A DNA stretch of 64,000 nt from Blepharisma stoltei ATCC 30299 (lineage: Eukaryota; Protista; Ciliophora). The stretch is from NCBI GenBank assembly GCA_965603825.1, contig CBFDEM010000033.1:62001-126000 (forward strand), in the 5' to 3' direction. How positions within the stretch are numbered: position 1 is the first letter of the stretch; every line of letters starts with the position of its first letter. The notes under the pieces were generated by a model. It searched no databases and had not been told where the DNA came from. It saw only the letters and a list, made by a program, of their open reading frames with translations. Shown piece by piece: positions 34,988 to 50,570 of this stretch. Made by a program: the position numbers and the translations under genes.

Positions 34988-36613
34988 TTATATAGGATTT
35001 AGCATACTCGGCCTAAAAACTTGTTGCCGCAAGTATCTTTCAGCTTGATTTAAATATGCAGCTGAATTCGGCTTGTTTTTTCTTTCTCTTGTCAATGGTT
35101 TTAACCTTTGTCGGTAAACGTTTCCCAAAAATGCTTTTTCAGCACTTCTTGTAGGCTGTCTTTTTGCTTTATCGAGTTCTCCACAGACCAGAAGATTCAT
35201 GGTCCTTTCTTCTTCAAAATAAGGCATATAAACAAATGATAATTCGCTAGGAAAAATCCTTTCAAAATCCCCTAATCTTTGTAGCTCATTATTAGTTTCT
35301 TTTAATACATAAATTTCTTCTTGAGACAGCTCAAATTGAGTATTCGCTGAAATTGTTGAAGAATTCCAGGCAGGCTTCCTTACTGGCTTACTTTTTTTTG
35401 CGTTTTTTTGCTTCGCTGGGATTCCTACTAAATTAAAAAGATCTGCTATAAGCTTTCCTTTAATTCGCAAATCTAAAGGAGAGTCTGTATTAAGAGAGGG
35501 AGAAAGGTTGACTTCTAATAGCCAGGGTGTATAAGAATCGTCAATTAAAATATCAAAACCAAGCAGCTCAAAACAGTTTTGCCGATACGGGACAAACATT
35601 TTCATGCTTGCATAGTTTTTTGATTCGTTAGAAATTATGGTTTTTACCACAATATCTTTGATTTTGCTTCAGATTAAGCTGAAATCTTGGTTATGGGATT
35701 TAAAATATTCCCTTAGAGCCGTAAGGGTTCATTTGTGACCTTGTCCATCTTGGTCTACACTTACAAAGTTCGGGGAAAATTTATTGACTGAATAATTAGT
35801 TAGGTGGACAAATCGGTTATCTATTTGGCCTCTTCTGTATTTTTCAGTAGCAAACCTGACGAGCCCTTCTTTGTATATGTATATTCGCAAAGGGTCGAGA
35901 CTTGTGACGGCGACGTAAATTCTTAAATCAAATTTCAGCTCATTGATTAATAAAGGATTATCAATATACCGGCAAGCCACATAACTTTGTCCAGAAGGTA
36001 GCTCAGCTGGCTTATTCGTCAAATAAATTCCTTTCCCTTGTGATTTAGCTGACGGCTTTATAATCCACATAACCCCAGGGTCCTCCAGCATCTGCTGCTC
36101 CAACGCATAAGTTTCATTAGGCAGCACATAGGTTTCAGGGATAAACCCAAACTGGTCAATTCCATGCAGAGCCTGCATTTTTGCGATATTTTTAAATAAG
36201 CAGTCTTTTTTGGTAATTTCAAAGCTCCGAGGAAAATGATTGATTTTCTGCCACCTGGCTAAGCCTGTATATACATTGCTGCGCATATTTTTGTTACCTC
36301 AGAGGATTCTTCATTCAGATTTGTGCTCTCTGAGGCCGTTTTCTTCGCAGGTTCTGCGAATAAGAGAAACGTCTCCCATACATTTGTAGTAGTAGCCAGG
36401 AGTTGTAGCGGTAAAACGCTTACGAGGACCGGTGAAAGGAGTAAATAGAAGATATTTGCCATTTATGGTAGGAAGATGCAGGATTTGTTGGGCTTCGGAG
36501 GAGGAAGAGTCATTTTCTTTGTTTTCTGGAGGCTTTGAGTAGAGATTTAGGAGGTTTTGATGCATTTTGGGGAAAACCATAAGGTCAAACTGAAATGGGA
36601 CGTTAATTGACAT
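34988..36613 (-). CDS. Tubulin polyglutamylase (TTLL4/5-like), 541 aa
   Basis: QKINHFP....T.KD.L, WI.KP, KFDLRIYV, GLVRFATE.Y, HLTNYSVNK, CFELLGFDILID and PWLLEVNLSPSL. ORFs are joined by TGA at conserved Trp sites. Confidence 0.93.
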
Positions 36614-36984
36614 TTTTATAAAGCTTTATAGTTATAGCTTACTTTAAATTTTTCATATTTATGCTTTTCTGAGGGTTTTCTATCTTAGAAATAACACCAA
36701 ATAAAGCTTACGATAAAAAATTGTGATTTATTTATAAACAATATTATGTAAATTAATTTTTTGCTTAATTTTCCCAAATAATTTTTAATTTTTATGAAAG
36801 AAGATTTAGGGCCACATCAAAGACTCCTCTTAAAATTTGTTCGCCAATTTTGAAAATGTATATGAAACTGACTTAATTCCTATAATTCCTCTGTTGATTC
36901 TCTAATCAAATCACAAAAAATATTAATTATGAAACCCTCCCTATCCACATATTTGTTTGCCTATATGTTGGTGAATTTTCTAAA

Positions 36985-38733
36985 ATGGTCTCAAATATAA
37001 TGTTGAAATTAATCGTAGTCCTTTCTCTAAGCTGTTTCATCATAAACGCCAAGCTTACTGATAAAACTCCGATCGAGGCAAACCACCATACCAGCCTGAT
37101 CTCTCAAGGCTACACCCTTGGCAAGACTCAAATGGGTGATATTAGCTACACTAAGATGGTGTCCCACACTGAAAAGCACTCGATTGTTTACTTCAAAGAC
37201 TGGAACACCCTTAGCACTCAGCTGATCCAAAGATTCACCGACAGAATTGCTAGCGGCCAGCGTTTTGAGTACAATCTAGAAGCCATCAATTGTGAATGGG
37301 GCGAAGGTCCTGATTATTGGAGATTCCTCCCAGCCTTCAAAGGAGCTGCCTTTGTAAACGGCCCCGCAGTAACCTTTACCAACCACTGTTTCCAACAGGG
37401 TAGCGCTCAGATTACTAACAGCTCCAGCACTTCAATTACATTGACACTTAATGTTGCCCAAGCTTCAAGCTTCGACTGCTACGATACTTTCCTTATTGCT
37501 ATCTTAGATCAATATCACATTGATAAGGTAGAATTCCACGGAAAAGTTTCAGTTACCTTCAATAATCTTACACCAAACGACCTTTATGATATCACCCAAA
37601 ACGGTGTCAGAGTTTTCACCTTCTGCGACGACATTTCAACCCTCATTGAAGATGTCGCTATGACCGCCGAACTCTTCTCAGGAGGCTTCACAACTGATAA
37701 ATGGCTTCCTGTTGTTGGATCCCACGTCACCTGGTGGATGGAAAGATCAAATATACAGTTCTTACAACAAGCCATTAACTATACAATGATCAGAAGACCA
37801 AATACAGCTCAGACATTACAGAAAGAACAAATTGCCTCAGGATCATTCTTGGCTGTAACAAGACTAGACGGGCTTGATGAAATTATCATGTGGGGATGTG
37901 GAAGCAGAGTTGGACACAGCACAGTTGCAGTCTGGGTCGAACTTAATGGAGTCAGAGATCTATACATTATGGAGAGCCAAGCTGGATGGTACTGGCCTAG
38001 AACTGGAATCCAGATGAACCAATTCGACCAATGGGTCAAATGGGCTAATGATGCAAGCTTCAACGTTGTTGTCCTGCCTCTTAAAGCTGAAATACAAGCT
38101 CTTTTCAATGAAACTTCAGCTTATGAATGGTTTAAGACTGTAGAAGGCATGCCTTATGGTTTCCACAATTTCGCCTTCGGCTGGATCGACACCCCTACCC
38201 AAAACTTCCCAGCAATGCTCAATTCTAATTTCTTAATGCCAGCAATCCAGACTGTCTACAAGATCATGCCAGACGCGATCAACAGTGTCTTCTTACTTTC
38301 CTTAAACAAGCATGCTGGCACTGTAAACCTTACCCTCCCTGAACTTGAAGTTGCTGCAGGTGCCCAAAACATGACTTTACTTGAGCTTGCTGCAGTTGTC
38401 GAACAAGAAGGGTGGATGTACCCAGATGGTTACGCCTACGTCTGCTCCAGCTTTGTGCTCGGCCTTTATAAGCGTGCAGGCATTCTTGGTAACTTGGTTC
38501 TCCAAGCTACTGAATTCACCCCAAGAGATGTGTACTCCCTAAACATTTTCGATCCAAACCCTCAAATTCCTCAGAACTGCAAGGACCAAGACCCTGATAT
38601 TCCTTATTGCCAGCTGATCGGAAAGTATAGAGTCAACCTTGGAAGTGATTACGCAAGCATTGCACCTTATAGTAATATGGATCAGACCTGTCCATCAATT
38701 GCTCCTACCTTCTATAGGCCAGATGGATGCTAA
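36985..38733 (+). CDS. Secreted protein, probable permuted papain-like (NlpC/P60-type) hydrolase
   Basis: Signal peptide. His motif (GHSTVA) precedes the Cys motif (YVCSSFV...YK.AG), followed by EFTP.D.Y. Confidence 0.6.
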   Translation: MVSNIMLKLIVVLSLSCFIINAKLTDKTPIEANHHTSLISQGYTLGKTQMGDISYTKMVSHTEKHSIVYFKDWNTLSTQLIQRFTDRIASGQRFEYNLEAINCEWGEGPDYWRFLPAFKGAAFVNGPAVTFTNHCFQQGSAQITNSSSTSITLTLNVAQASSFDCYDTFLIAILDQYHIDKVEFHGKVSVTFNNLTPNDLYDITQNGVRVFTFCDDISTLIEDVAMTAELFSGGFTTDKWLPVVGSHVTWWMERSNIQFLQQAINYTMIRRPNTAQTLQKEQIASGSFLAVTRLDGLDEIIMWGCGSRVGHSTVAVWVELNGVRDLYIMESQAGWYWPRTGIQMNQFDQWVKWANDASFNVVVLPLKAEIQALFNETSAYEWFKTVEGMPYGFHNFAFGWIDTPTQNFPAMLNSNFLMPAIQTVYKIMPDAINSVFLLSLNKHAGTVNLTLPELEVAAGAQNMTLLELAAVVEQEGWMYPDGYAYVCSSFVLGLYKRAGILGNLVLQATEFTPRDVYSLNIFDPNPQIPQNCKDQDPDIPYCQLIGKYRVNLGSDYASIAPYSNMDQTCPSIAPTFYRPDGC

Positions 38734-38784
38734 TAAGCTAATAATCATTCGATAAACTTAAAGTATCTTAAATAAAGTAAAAAT

Positions 38785-39375
38785 ATGAAGCTTGGATACG
38801 CAGTTTTGATAGTCGGAGCTCTGGCGTCTGAGTGCAAGCCACCGACAGATTGCAGTACGTACTGCAGAGTACAGTATAATGGGAAGAAAAATTATTATAA
38901 TCTGACTGATGGAGACTGTTATGAAGTTTTAAAATGTAGCTATGGTGAATTCTTAGATATATCAAGCAATAAATGCATATTAGCAAGCCAAGACTTTCCA
39001 GAAATTGAGAGAGCCTCTACAAGCTCTAGCAGCAATAATGAGACTGTTGTAGAAGATAAACCTATCATCTGTGATCATGGAACTTTTAAAAACAGTCAAT
39101 GTGTGTGTGATGAAGGTTACACTACAAGCGCATCCCAAAATGCTAGTGATTATTATGTACATCAGTGTAACGTATTGTCTAGTAGCTCTAGTGGAGATGA
39201 TGGATATTCTACAGGCAACAATGGTGAACTTTATCTGTCTCAGCAGGCAGACGATACCATTAACAATATCCCGCTTACCTTTGTTGAAAAACTTGCCATA
39301 CTAGCTGGAATCAGCTTTACCTTCTGTATCAGCACTTTTATTATCAGAAAAAAACTAAGGAGAAAATATTTATAA
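38785..39375 (+). CDS. Type I membrane protein with Cys-rich/EGF-like ectodomain
   Basis: Signal peptide, C.HG.....CVC..GY, and a C-terminal TM followed by RKK. Confidence 0.75.
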   Translation: MKLGYAVLIVGALASECKPPTDCSTYCRVQYNGKKNYYNLTDGDCYEVLKCSYGEFLDISSNKCILASQDFPEIERASTSSSSNNETVVEDKPIICDHGTFKNSQCVCDEGYTTSASQNASDYYVHQCNVLSSSSSGDDGYSTGNNGELYLSQQADDTINNIPLTFVEKLAILAGISFTFCISTFIIRKKLRRKYL

Positions 39376-39426
39376 TTCCTATAAGATAATCTGACAGTGA
39401 AAAAATAAAAATTATTCAATAATTCT

Positions 39427-39993
39427 TTATATTAAGAATCCTATAATCCATAGCCAAATTGCCACAAATGCTAGCCTAGCTTCTATTTTCCATTCATTAT
39501 TATAGCAAAAATCTCCCTCAACAATCACGATTGTATAATTCTCAAAGAAAGTAGGTTTCACCTCATTGAAGAATTCATAAGCATTTTTCCATTCTAAGCT
39601 TGGGATAACTGTTTGAGGATTCGATCTCCAATAGGTGTACATCCCACAATTATCATATGATGTCGTAGGTTTATCCAAACTATCTCCCCAGACACTTCGT
39701 GCATAACCCGAGCACAGAAGTATAGTCATATTATCTTGAAAAGTATATTGGCCTTGGGAAGGGTGGCAGCCGAAACAAAAATAATCCTCCATGTTGTCGT
39801 ATTCGCGCTGGCATTGTGAAGGAAATAGGCTACTATAGGAACTTTGGATAGCTTGGTCATGAGCTGATACACAGCAAGCCTCTCCGTTTTGTCTGTAGCA
39901 TTTGACTAGCGATGGATTTGGGTCTCCAGCTTCTGAACCTGGAAGTAGTGTGCAGTTCTGTGCGTAAGCACCCAGAAGGAGCAGGAAAAACAT
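39427..39993 (-). CDS. Folate-receptor-family Cys-rich surface protein
   Basis: Signal peptide, C.......CC, C..........C..C.P, LC..Y...VW and a hydrophobic C-terminus. Confidence 0.7.
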   Translation of the reverse strand: MFFLLLLGAYAQNCTLLPGSEAGDPNPSLVKCYRQNGEACCVSAHDQAIQSSYSSLFPSQCQREYDNMEDYFCFGCHPSQGQYTFQDNMTILLCSGYARSVWGDSLDKPTTSYDNCGMYTYWRSNPQTVIPSLEWKNAYEFFNEVKPTFFENYTIVIVEGDFCYNNEWKIEARLAFVAIWLWIIGFLI

Positions 39994-40248
39994 TTTAATG
40001 CTTTATAAAAATTGGTGGGATGATAAATTAATGAACTATGGTTACTGGAAATGTAATTTAAATTTAAAGGGCAGGGAAACGTAAAATTAATAAATTTAAG
40101 GCTGTTAGGGATAATTACAAGAATTTTAGATAGTTATATCTGAATTTAAATAGTTTTTATCTATTAGAGATCTTTTATCTTATAAAAAAAATTTTTAAGA
40201 TAAATTTATCTCATGTATTTGCAAAGCAAGTTATTAGTTTAAAATATC

Positions 40249-40815
40249 TTATATTAAAAACCTCATAAGCCAGCCCAACATACAAAAAATCAGCACATCT
40301 GCTTTAATCTCCCAAGAGCTATTAAAACAATTGTGCTCTCTTATTACTATTGTATAATTTTCAAAGTATGGAGGTTTTACCTCCTCAAAGAACGCATAAC
40401 CATCTTTCCACTCCAAACTGGGCATCACTGTAGTGGGGTTTGCCCTCCAATACGTGTACATCCCACAGTTATCATAATGGCTTGAAGGCTTAGTCAATTT
40501 CTCTCCTCATATGCTTTCAGCATAGTCTTTGCACATGTAAATTGTTTGATTACTTTCAAATGTATATTTACCTTGTGACGGGTGGCAGCCAAAGCAGAAA
40601 TAATCTTCCATGTTGTCATATTCACGCTGACATTGGGTAGGGAAGGCTTCAGTATATACGCTCTGTATGTTTTGGTCATGGGCGGAAACACAGCAAGCAT
40701 CTCCGTTTTGTCGATAGCACTTGACTAGGGATGGATTGGGATCAATTGATTCGGAGTCAGGCAGAAGTGTGCATTTTTGGCCGAATGCAACACTTACAAG
40801 TAAGACTAGAAACAT
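40249..40815 (-). CDS. Tandem paralogue of the folate-receptor-like protein, 188 aa
   Basis: Two ORFs joined by TGA at 40507-40509, aligned to a TGG Trp in the neighbouring copy. Confidence 0.75.
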
Positions 40816-41179
40816 ATTTTATAAAGCCAGTTTAAATAAAAATTCTGAAATCAGCATATGTGGAGAAAATTTTATGAATTTCTTGATAATGAAGAGCAGT
40901 TATAAATAATAAAATTATATAAATTAAATACAAGTATCTGGAGTATTATAATACTGGCTTTATATATAAATGATAACAGAATTTTATTGATAAAGAAATC
41001 TCTATAATTAAAATTCAAATTATCCTTATCACTTTATAAATCGTATACAAAAAATCTTAAAACCTAAAACTGATAATAGCGACATGTGTGCTAATTTCCC
41101 AAGAGTTGCCATAATACTTTGCATATTTTAAAAATTCTCCAGTGGGTTAAGGCACTCTATGCTACTAATCAGATTTAAT

Positions 41180-41642
41180 TTGTGTGTGCTCAAAAATTGC
41201 ATAGCAAGCTGATAATTATTTTAAAATCTTTTAAACCCTTCAAAACACTCATATATATATTTCCACTCCAAACTTGACATCACTATAACGGGATTTGCCC
41301 TCCATACGTGTTAATCCCGCAGCTATCATAGTGATCTGAGGATTCAGTCAATTTATGTCCTCATGCTCTTTCTGCAAAGTCTTTACATATGCAATTTTTT
41401 CAAATGTATATTTGCCTTGTGACGGAGTTGGCAGTCAAAGCAGAAATAATCTTCCATTTCGTGGCATTGGGTAGGAAAAGTTGAGGAGTATATGCTCTAG
41501 ATAGTTTGGTCATGGGCGGAAATAAAGCAGGCATCTCCGTTTTGACGGTAGTATTTGACTAGTAATGGATTGGGATTTATTTATTCAGAGAAAAGTGTGC
41601 ATTTTTGGCGGAATGCAACGTTTACACATAAGACTAGTGCAT
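41180..41642 (-). pseudogene. Third, decayed folate-receptor-like copy
   Basis: Retains YRQNGDA, SAHDQ and EDYFCF but carries indels. Boundaries are approximate. Confidence 0.75.
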
Positions 41643-41801
41643 ATTTTTATAAGCAGCTTTGATCAGCTTGAATAGAAATGAAATTAGTTAGAATGAAAAT
41701 AAGATTTTAGAAACTATTAGAGCGCGATAAAAATGCAATTGAATAGGATTTTGGCAGTTATAGGGATATAAAACCATAAAACTGGCCTTTTTTAATATAA
41801 A

Positions 41802-43010
41802 ATGTTAGCAGATATCAGCAGCAAAGTAATTTATGTAATCGGCACAACAGCTGTTGGGAAAAGTAAGCTTGCTATGGATATTGCAAAGCATTTCAACGGA
41901 GAAATAGTGTCAGCTGATTCTATGCAAATATATAAAAAAGCTTCTTTAATGACAGCTAAACCTTCAATTCAAGATATGCTAGAAATTCCACATCATCTAG
42001 TCGATTTTGTCCCAATTTCAGAAAAACAGTTCACTGTCTGTGAATATCAAAATCTTGCTTTAAATGCAATTCAAGAAATCCAAAAACGAGGCAGACTCCC
42101 AGTTGTGGTAGGTGGTACAATGTATTATGTGGAATCTCTGCTATATGATCGGCCTTTTATCAAAGAAAATTATGACTTAGATTCTTTTGAGAACGATACA
42201 ACTGAAGAGCTGTATAGAAAACTTGAAGAAGCTGACCCTGAACACGCAAAAAAGCTTGCCCCTCAAGATCGAAGGAGAATCCGGAATGCTTTAAATTATA
42301 TTTTTTCGTCAGGAAAATTGTATAGTGAAAAAAACACAGTATCAAAAATTAGATTTCCAGAATCAATAATTATTTGGCTTAAATGTGATAAAAAAATACT
42401 CGAACAAAGAGCAAGGGCAAGAATTGAATCAATGATAAAAGAAGGAGGGACACAAGAAATCATTGAAATTTTAAACGAATGCGCCACCAATGACTACACA
42501 AGAGGAGTTCTCCAGTCTATCGGCTATAAAGAATTCGAGCCTTTATTAACTGAAGGTGAAAATTCTCTGCCAAAATGCATTGACAATTTATTATTAGCGA
42601 CCCTTCAATACTCCAAAAAGCAGCTAAAATGGATAAAAAATCGATTCCAGCCTTATTTGAATATGAATATAATAGATACTACAAGTTTCAGCAATTGGGA
42701 AGAAATTACACAGCAAGGGATTGAAATAGTTCAAAGCTCTCAAGGTATAGGCAATAAGGAAATAATTTTAGACAAAAAAGAGTCTTTTTGGTGTGAAGCC
42801 TGCAATGTCAAGATTTTTGGGAGCGAAAAATATGAAATTCATTTACAGACGAGGAAACATAGAAATAACACAAGAAAAGAAACAGAGGATGATGAAGAGA
42901 TTAGGGTTTGCGATATTTGTAATAAAAGTGCAAAAGGATTGAGACAGTGGGAGTTTCATATAAATTCAAAAAAACATAAAAGAGAGGTAAAGAAAAATCA
43001 TTGTGAATAA
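41802..43010 (+). CDS. TRIT1: tRNA dimethylallyltransferase (TRIT1/Mod5/MiaA family) with two C-terminal C2H2 zinc fingers
   Basis: G.TAVGKS.LA, EIVSADSMQIYK, TAKP, PHHLVD, VVGGTMYY, QSIGYKEF and Y.K.Q.KW. Fingers CEAC..H......H and CDIC..H.NSKKH. Confidence 0.93.
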   Translation: MLADISSKVIYVIGTTAVGKSKLAMDIAKHFNGEIVSADSMQIYKKASLMTAKPSIQDMLEIPHHLVDFVPISEKQFTVCEYQNLALNAIQEIQKRGRLPVVVGGTMYYVESLLYDRPFIKENYDLDSFENDTTEELYRKLEEADPEHAKKLAPQDRRRIRNALNYIFSSGKLYSEKNTVSKIRFPESIIIWLKCDKKILEQRARARIESMIKEGGTQEIIEILNECATNDYTRGVLQSIGYKEFEPLLTEGENSLPKCIDNLLLATLQYSKKQLKWIKNRFQPYLNMNIIDTTSFSNWEEITQQGIEIVQSSQGIGNKEIILDKKESFWCEACNVKIFGSEKYEIHLQTRKHRNNTRKETEDDEEIRVCDICNKSAKGLRQWEFHINSKKHKREVKKNHCE

Positions 43011-43163
43011 GATAAGAAATTATATAAAAGAGGGATTTAGCAATAAAAGAGGAATAATAAAGGATAGGGATTATGCAATAAATTATTAGAAATTATGAGT
43101 GCTATAAATTTTTATTTATAAAATAATTTAAGAACAAATTTCTATCTAATAAACATTTATAAA

Positions 43164-43541
43164 ATGAAATTTATGATAATAGTTTTTCTGTTTGCGATTT
43201 CTTTTATAAGTGGAGAAGTCTATAACCTTGACGAATCATCAGAAGTTTCTATATCAAAAGAAGGGTCTTTGCAGATGTCAATCAGTTCAAATCCAACAAC
43301 AGGATATTATTGGTATATAGATGAATCAACATTAGGTGTCGTCACAACAGATAATTTAGATGGGGATTATATATCAAGCCAAAGCCATCTACTAGGAGCT
43401 GGAGGGTCGCAAATATTTACTTTATATTGCACTGACTTATGTGTAGAAGGAGAAAATACTTCTGTCAAGCTGGAATATATGAGATCTTGGGAAAAAGAGC
43501 CGATTGAGATTGTTGATGTTACTGTTTATATAGTTTCTTAG
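43164..43541 (+). CDS. Chagasin-family (I42) cysteine peptidase inhibitor
   Basis: Signal peptide, NPTTGY.W, GAGG and Y.RSWE loops. Confidence 0.88.
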   Translation: MKFMIIVFLFAISFISGEVYNLDESSEVSISKEGSLQMSISSNPTTGYYWYIDESTLGVVTTDNLDGDYISSQSHLLGAGGSQIFTLYCTDLCVEGENTSVKLEYMRSWEKEPIEIVDVTVYIVS

Positions 43542-43778
43542 ACTTTAGGCTTTTATTAATTGGCACAAATTATACTATTAAAATAGAAGATATTTTATAA
43601 TTAAATAAAATAATATTAAAATAAAAAATCATCAGTGGCTTATATGGTTGATTTTAAGGCAAAATAATTATGAATATTGATTTTAGTCTTTTAGAAATCA
43701 TATCCTTTATCATTTCTGCCAATTCTGAAGATATTTTTAATTTTCTGTTTAATGCAAATCCATTAAATAAATAAAATC

Positions 43779-44147
43779 ATGATTTTTCTGATATTCTTTA
43801 TCCTCGTTCTGGTTAACGGGCAAGTTTATAGTTTAGACGAAGTCTCAGAAGTGTCTATACACAAAGATGGCTTCGTTAAGGTATCAAAAAGCTCCAATCC
43901 AACAACAGGATTCAGCTGGTTCATAAATCCTTCATCTTTAGAAGTGGTCTTTACTAATGACTTAGATGGAGATTATATTCAAGATCGTAGCAATTTATTG
44001 GGTGTTGGAGGGATACAAGTTTTTACCCTTTTTTGTTCAGATTTGTGCAGAACACGTAATCAGACCAGCATCATTTTAGAATACAAGCAGCCGTGGGTGA
44101 ATATTCCAGTAGACACTGTTGAGGTGCTAGTCAATATTAAATCATAA
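43779..44147 (+). CDS. Chagasin-family (I42) inhibitor, tandem paralogue
   Basis: NPTTGF.W, GVGG and YKQPW. Confidence 0.85.
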   Translation: MIFLIFFILVLVNGQVYSLDEVSEVSIHKDGFVKVSKSSNPTTGFSWFINPSSLEVVFTNDLDGDYIQDRSNLLGVGGIQVFTLFCSDLCRTRNQTSIILEYKQPWVNIPVDTVEVLVNIKS

Positions 44148-44393
44148 TGATAATTTAAAAAACAATATTCTTGGAAATTCTAAATATCATGCATGCATAG
44201 CTTCCTTGTTCAATATTTTCAATAATTTTTTTCGATTTCTGATAAGCTTCAAAAATTTTGTCTTGATTTATGATACTTTTAATTCAAAAATTCACAAAAT
44301 ACCAATAAGCCACCAACTAAATTTCTTGATGTTGCAAAATACCTTCAAAGACTTCAAACAGTAGTTATTTAAGATATATTCTTAATAATATAA

Positions 44394-46628
44394 ATGGATT
44401 CAGACAAACCTCTTATATTAGTTGATATAGATGATTCCGGCAAGTGCTCTCTAAACGCCGAAGCCCTTGATTTAATCCGAAATATCCAAGAGCAAGTCTG
44501 TGTAATTTCAGTAGCTGGGCTTTATCGTACAGGAAAATCTTATCTCTTAAATCGACTTATGGGTACTCAGCATGGTTTTGAAATTGGTCCAAGCGTAAAT
44601 CCCTGCACAAAAGGGATCTGGATTTGGGGAAAATGCCCATTTGTGTCTAGCAATAAGAGGCTGATTTTAATTGACACAGAAGGGCTTCGATCTTATCAAA
44701 GAGAAGAAACAATTGATATGACGATTTTTTCATTATCTTTGCTATTGAGCTCTACGTTTATCTATAATTCAATGGGTGCAATTGATGAGCAGGCTATTGA
44801 AGATTTATCGTTGGTTTGCAAGCTGACCCAATATATTCATGTAAAATCTCAATCGGGGCAGACTACAGCTGAATCATATGCACAATATTTCCCAAAGTTC
44901 ATATGGGCATTGAGAGATTTCTCATTACAGTTAGTAGATAATGAAGGAAATTCAATAACTTCTAATGAATATTTAGAAAATTGTTTAGAGCTTTTGCCTG
45001 GCCAAACTGACGAAATTAAGCAGAAAAACGAAATCCGAAAAATTTTGACGAGTTTTTTCAAAGAAAGAGAATGTTTTACATTTATTAGGCCTGTAAATAA
45101 TGAAAAAAAATTAAGGAATATTCAAGAAGTGCCTTATGAAGAGCTTAGAGAAGAATTCAAAACGCAAATGAGTGAGTTTATAGCAAGAGTCCAAGAAACT
45201 ACAAGGGTAAAAATGATCGATGGAGTCGCAGTCAATGGCAAATTATTAGCCTCTATGCTAGAAATATACGTAGACGCTATAAACCAAAACGCAGTTCCTA
45301 CAATATCAACTGCATGGGAAAGGACACTTGATAACCAAATTAAAGAAGGCTATAAACGGGCTTATGAAAATTATAAAAATTGTATAAAAAGTAAGCTAAA
45401 ATCACAAATTCCTATGGAAGAGGTAAAACTTAAAGAAATTGAAGGGGAGATTAGAAAAAGCTCCTTTGGGATTATAGACGCAGTCCCAATTATAGTATCT
45501 TTAAAAGAAGAAGTAAATAAGCAGAAAAAAAAACTTGAAGAAAAATTTAATAGTATGTTGGAAACTTTATTAGACGAAAATTTCAGTGAGTCAAAAATCC
45601 AGGCTACAGCCCACTTAAAAACACTTTTTGATGAATTAGAAGAAAAAATGGCGAATTCAGAAAAATTCAATTGGCTGCCTGAGGAGTTTTCGAATATATA
45701 TGAAAATGCTATACAAGATATACCAGGAAGTGGAGCTATCCATGCAATCGCAGAAGCATATTCAAAAGAAGGATCAAGAATTGTCCAAAAATTAATTTCA
45801 CAATTAAATAGAATCCATAGAAGTGAGATTAAAGAAGCAAGAAATGAGCTAGATGAAGAAAGAAAAAGAACCAAAATTTTATCTGATAATTATGAAAATC
45901 AAAAAAAAGATTTAATGGAAAGACTGGATTTAGAACGAAAACACTCCAGGGAGCAAAAAAAAGTGTTAGAAAATGCGTTAGAAGACGCAAGAATTGCTAT
46001 ATCTGGGAATAGTCAAGAGTTTGGGCAAATTCAGAGTAAGCTGAGGGAAGAAAATATGGACTTGAGGAACGAAATTAATGCATTGAAAAATAAAATTGTG
46101 GATAAAAGGCATGGAGTTAAAGAAGCAAATGCAGCAGAAATTCAGACACTTAGGGAAATTTTAAATGAATTTGAGCAGATGAAACAACAGAAAATCCAGT
46201 TGGAGCAGCAGTTAGATTATGAAATGAAAATAACTCGTAAGCCCTAATTAGAAACTGAGAAGTCAGCCCAGAAGCAGCTTTTAGAAGCCAAAAGGATGAG
46301 TGACCAAGCTTTAATGAAGCTTAAAAAAAGCTACGAATTAGAACTTCAGAGCTTAAAAGATGACAAAATCGCCTTAGAAATGAAATTAAAAGACCTTGCC
46401 AGAGAGCTAACCCAGCGAGATATGCAAATCAAGCTGATAAAAGAAAAAATGCGAGGCAGAGAAAACGACCAAAAACTTAGACTGGAGCACTCAGATCTCC
46501 TTATCAGTGTCAGCGATTTAATTCTTAAATTCTTACAGAGGCTAGAAACCGGCAAAGGTGGAGACTTACGAGAAGAAATCGATTTACTCCAAGAAAGAGC
46601 ATCAAGGCTTTCTGCTCCAAGATATTAG
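44394..46628 (+). CDS. Guanylate-binding protein (GBP/atlastin superfamily) with a long coiled coil, one intron
   Basis: GLYRTGKSYLLN, CTKGIWIW, DTEG and LRDF.L. Removing intron 46237-46251 joins the 46296-46628 ORF in frame. Confidence 0.92.
46237..46251 (+). other. 15-nt spliceosomal intron
   Basis: GTAAGCCCTAATTAG, containing in-frame TAA. Confidence 0.85.
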
Positions 46629-46696
46629 GTCTAGCAAATTTTGATATTATCATTATTAGCTAATTAAATGTGAGTTATATAAATCTAGATAAATTA

Positions 46697-49858
<3,162 letters not shown>

Positions 49859-49919
49859 TTACATATGAAACTTAATAGACTAAGTATAAAAATATCAGTG
49901 AATATTATGTGAATTTATT

Positions 49920-50420
49920 TTAAATGTACAGAAAATATAAAGAGACAGACAAAATAAAGGAAAAACTGCACTTTTTCATATATTCGTAAGTGGAATTCAA
50001 AGTATCACAAGGGTTATCTTGAATGTAGCACACACTTTGAAAAAAATCACAGAGATTATTGCAAGGCAAATAAGTATTATTTCCATCGCAAGAAGGAAAA
50101 TTTGCTTTACACATAATTTCTTTATATATTTTTACACATTCAGAATTCCGTGTGAAAACAATTTGAACTTTACCGTCTATTTCTTCTGTGAGCCTCTTTT
50201 CTAGACTTGCTATATAAGCATCCCTTATTGCTGAATCTTTAGCTGAGACATTCCATTCCGGCCAATTATCGTAGGACAAAGGGATGCAAACTTGGTCTCC
50301 GACCTTGTTGCTGCAAAAATCAAGGGGTAAAGTTGAGGAAGACACACATTTGCCTTTGGCTAAGGTAGATAACTGGCATGACTCTGTTGTGATAAAGAGG
50401 CTGAAAATGAGAGTAATCAT
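49920..50420 (-). CDS. Cys-rich surface protein with a Frizzled-CRD-like domain
   Basis: Signal peptide, C.......C...FP.C......PC...C......C and a hydrophobic C-terminus. Confidence 0.6.
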   Translation of the reverse strand: MITLIFSLFITTESCQLSTLAKGKCVSSSTLPLDFCSNKVGDQVCIPLSYDNWPEWNVSAKDSAIRDAYIASLEKRLTEEIDGKVQIVFTRNSECVKIYKEIMCKANFPSCDGNNTYLPCNNLCDFFQSVCYIQDNPCDTLNSTYEYMKKCSFSFILSVSLYFLYI

Positions 50421-50570
50421 ATTAAAATAATATGAAATCTAAAAAGTTAAGTAATAGAAAAATAAGGCAAAATTTAAGATCATATTTTATTGATTTTATA
50501 TAGCATCGTGGCAAAATTTATATGTGATGGAAAAATGGTCCTTTAAAGAAAATTCATAAATAAAAGTAAA

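Noticed and set aside
41802-43010. Functional clustering of the tRNA i6A37 enzyme with the UGA-related genes
   Set aside because: i6A37 is relevant to tRNAs reading UNN codons, but the gene is 9 kb or more away with unrelated genes between, so proximity is not evidence.
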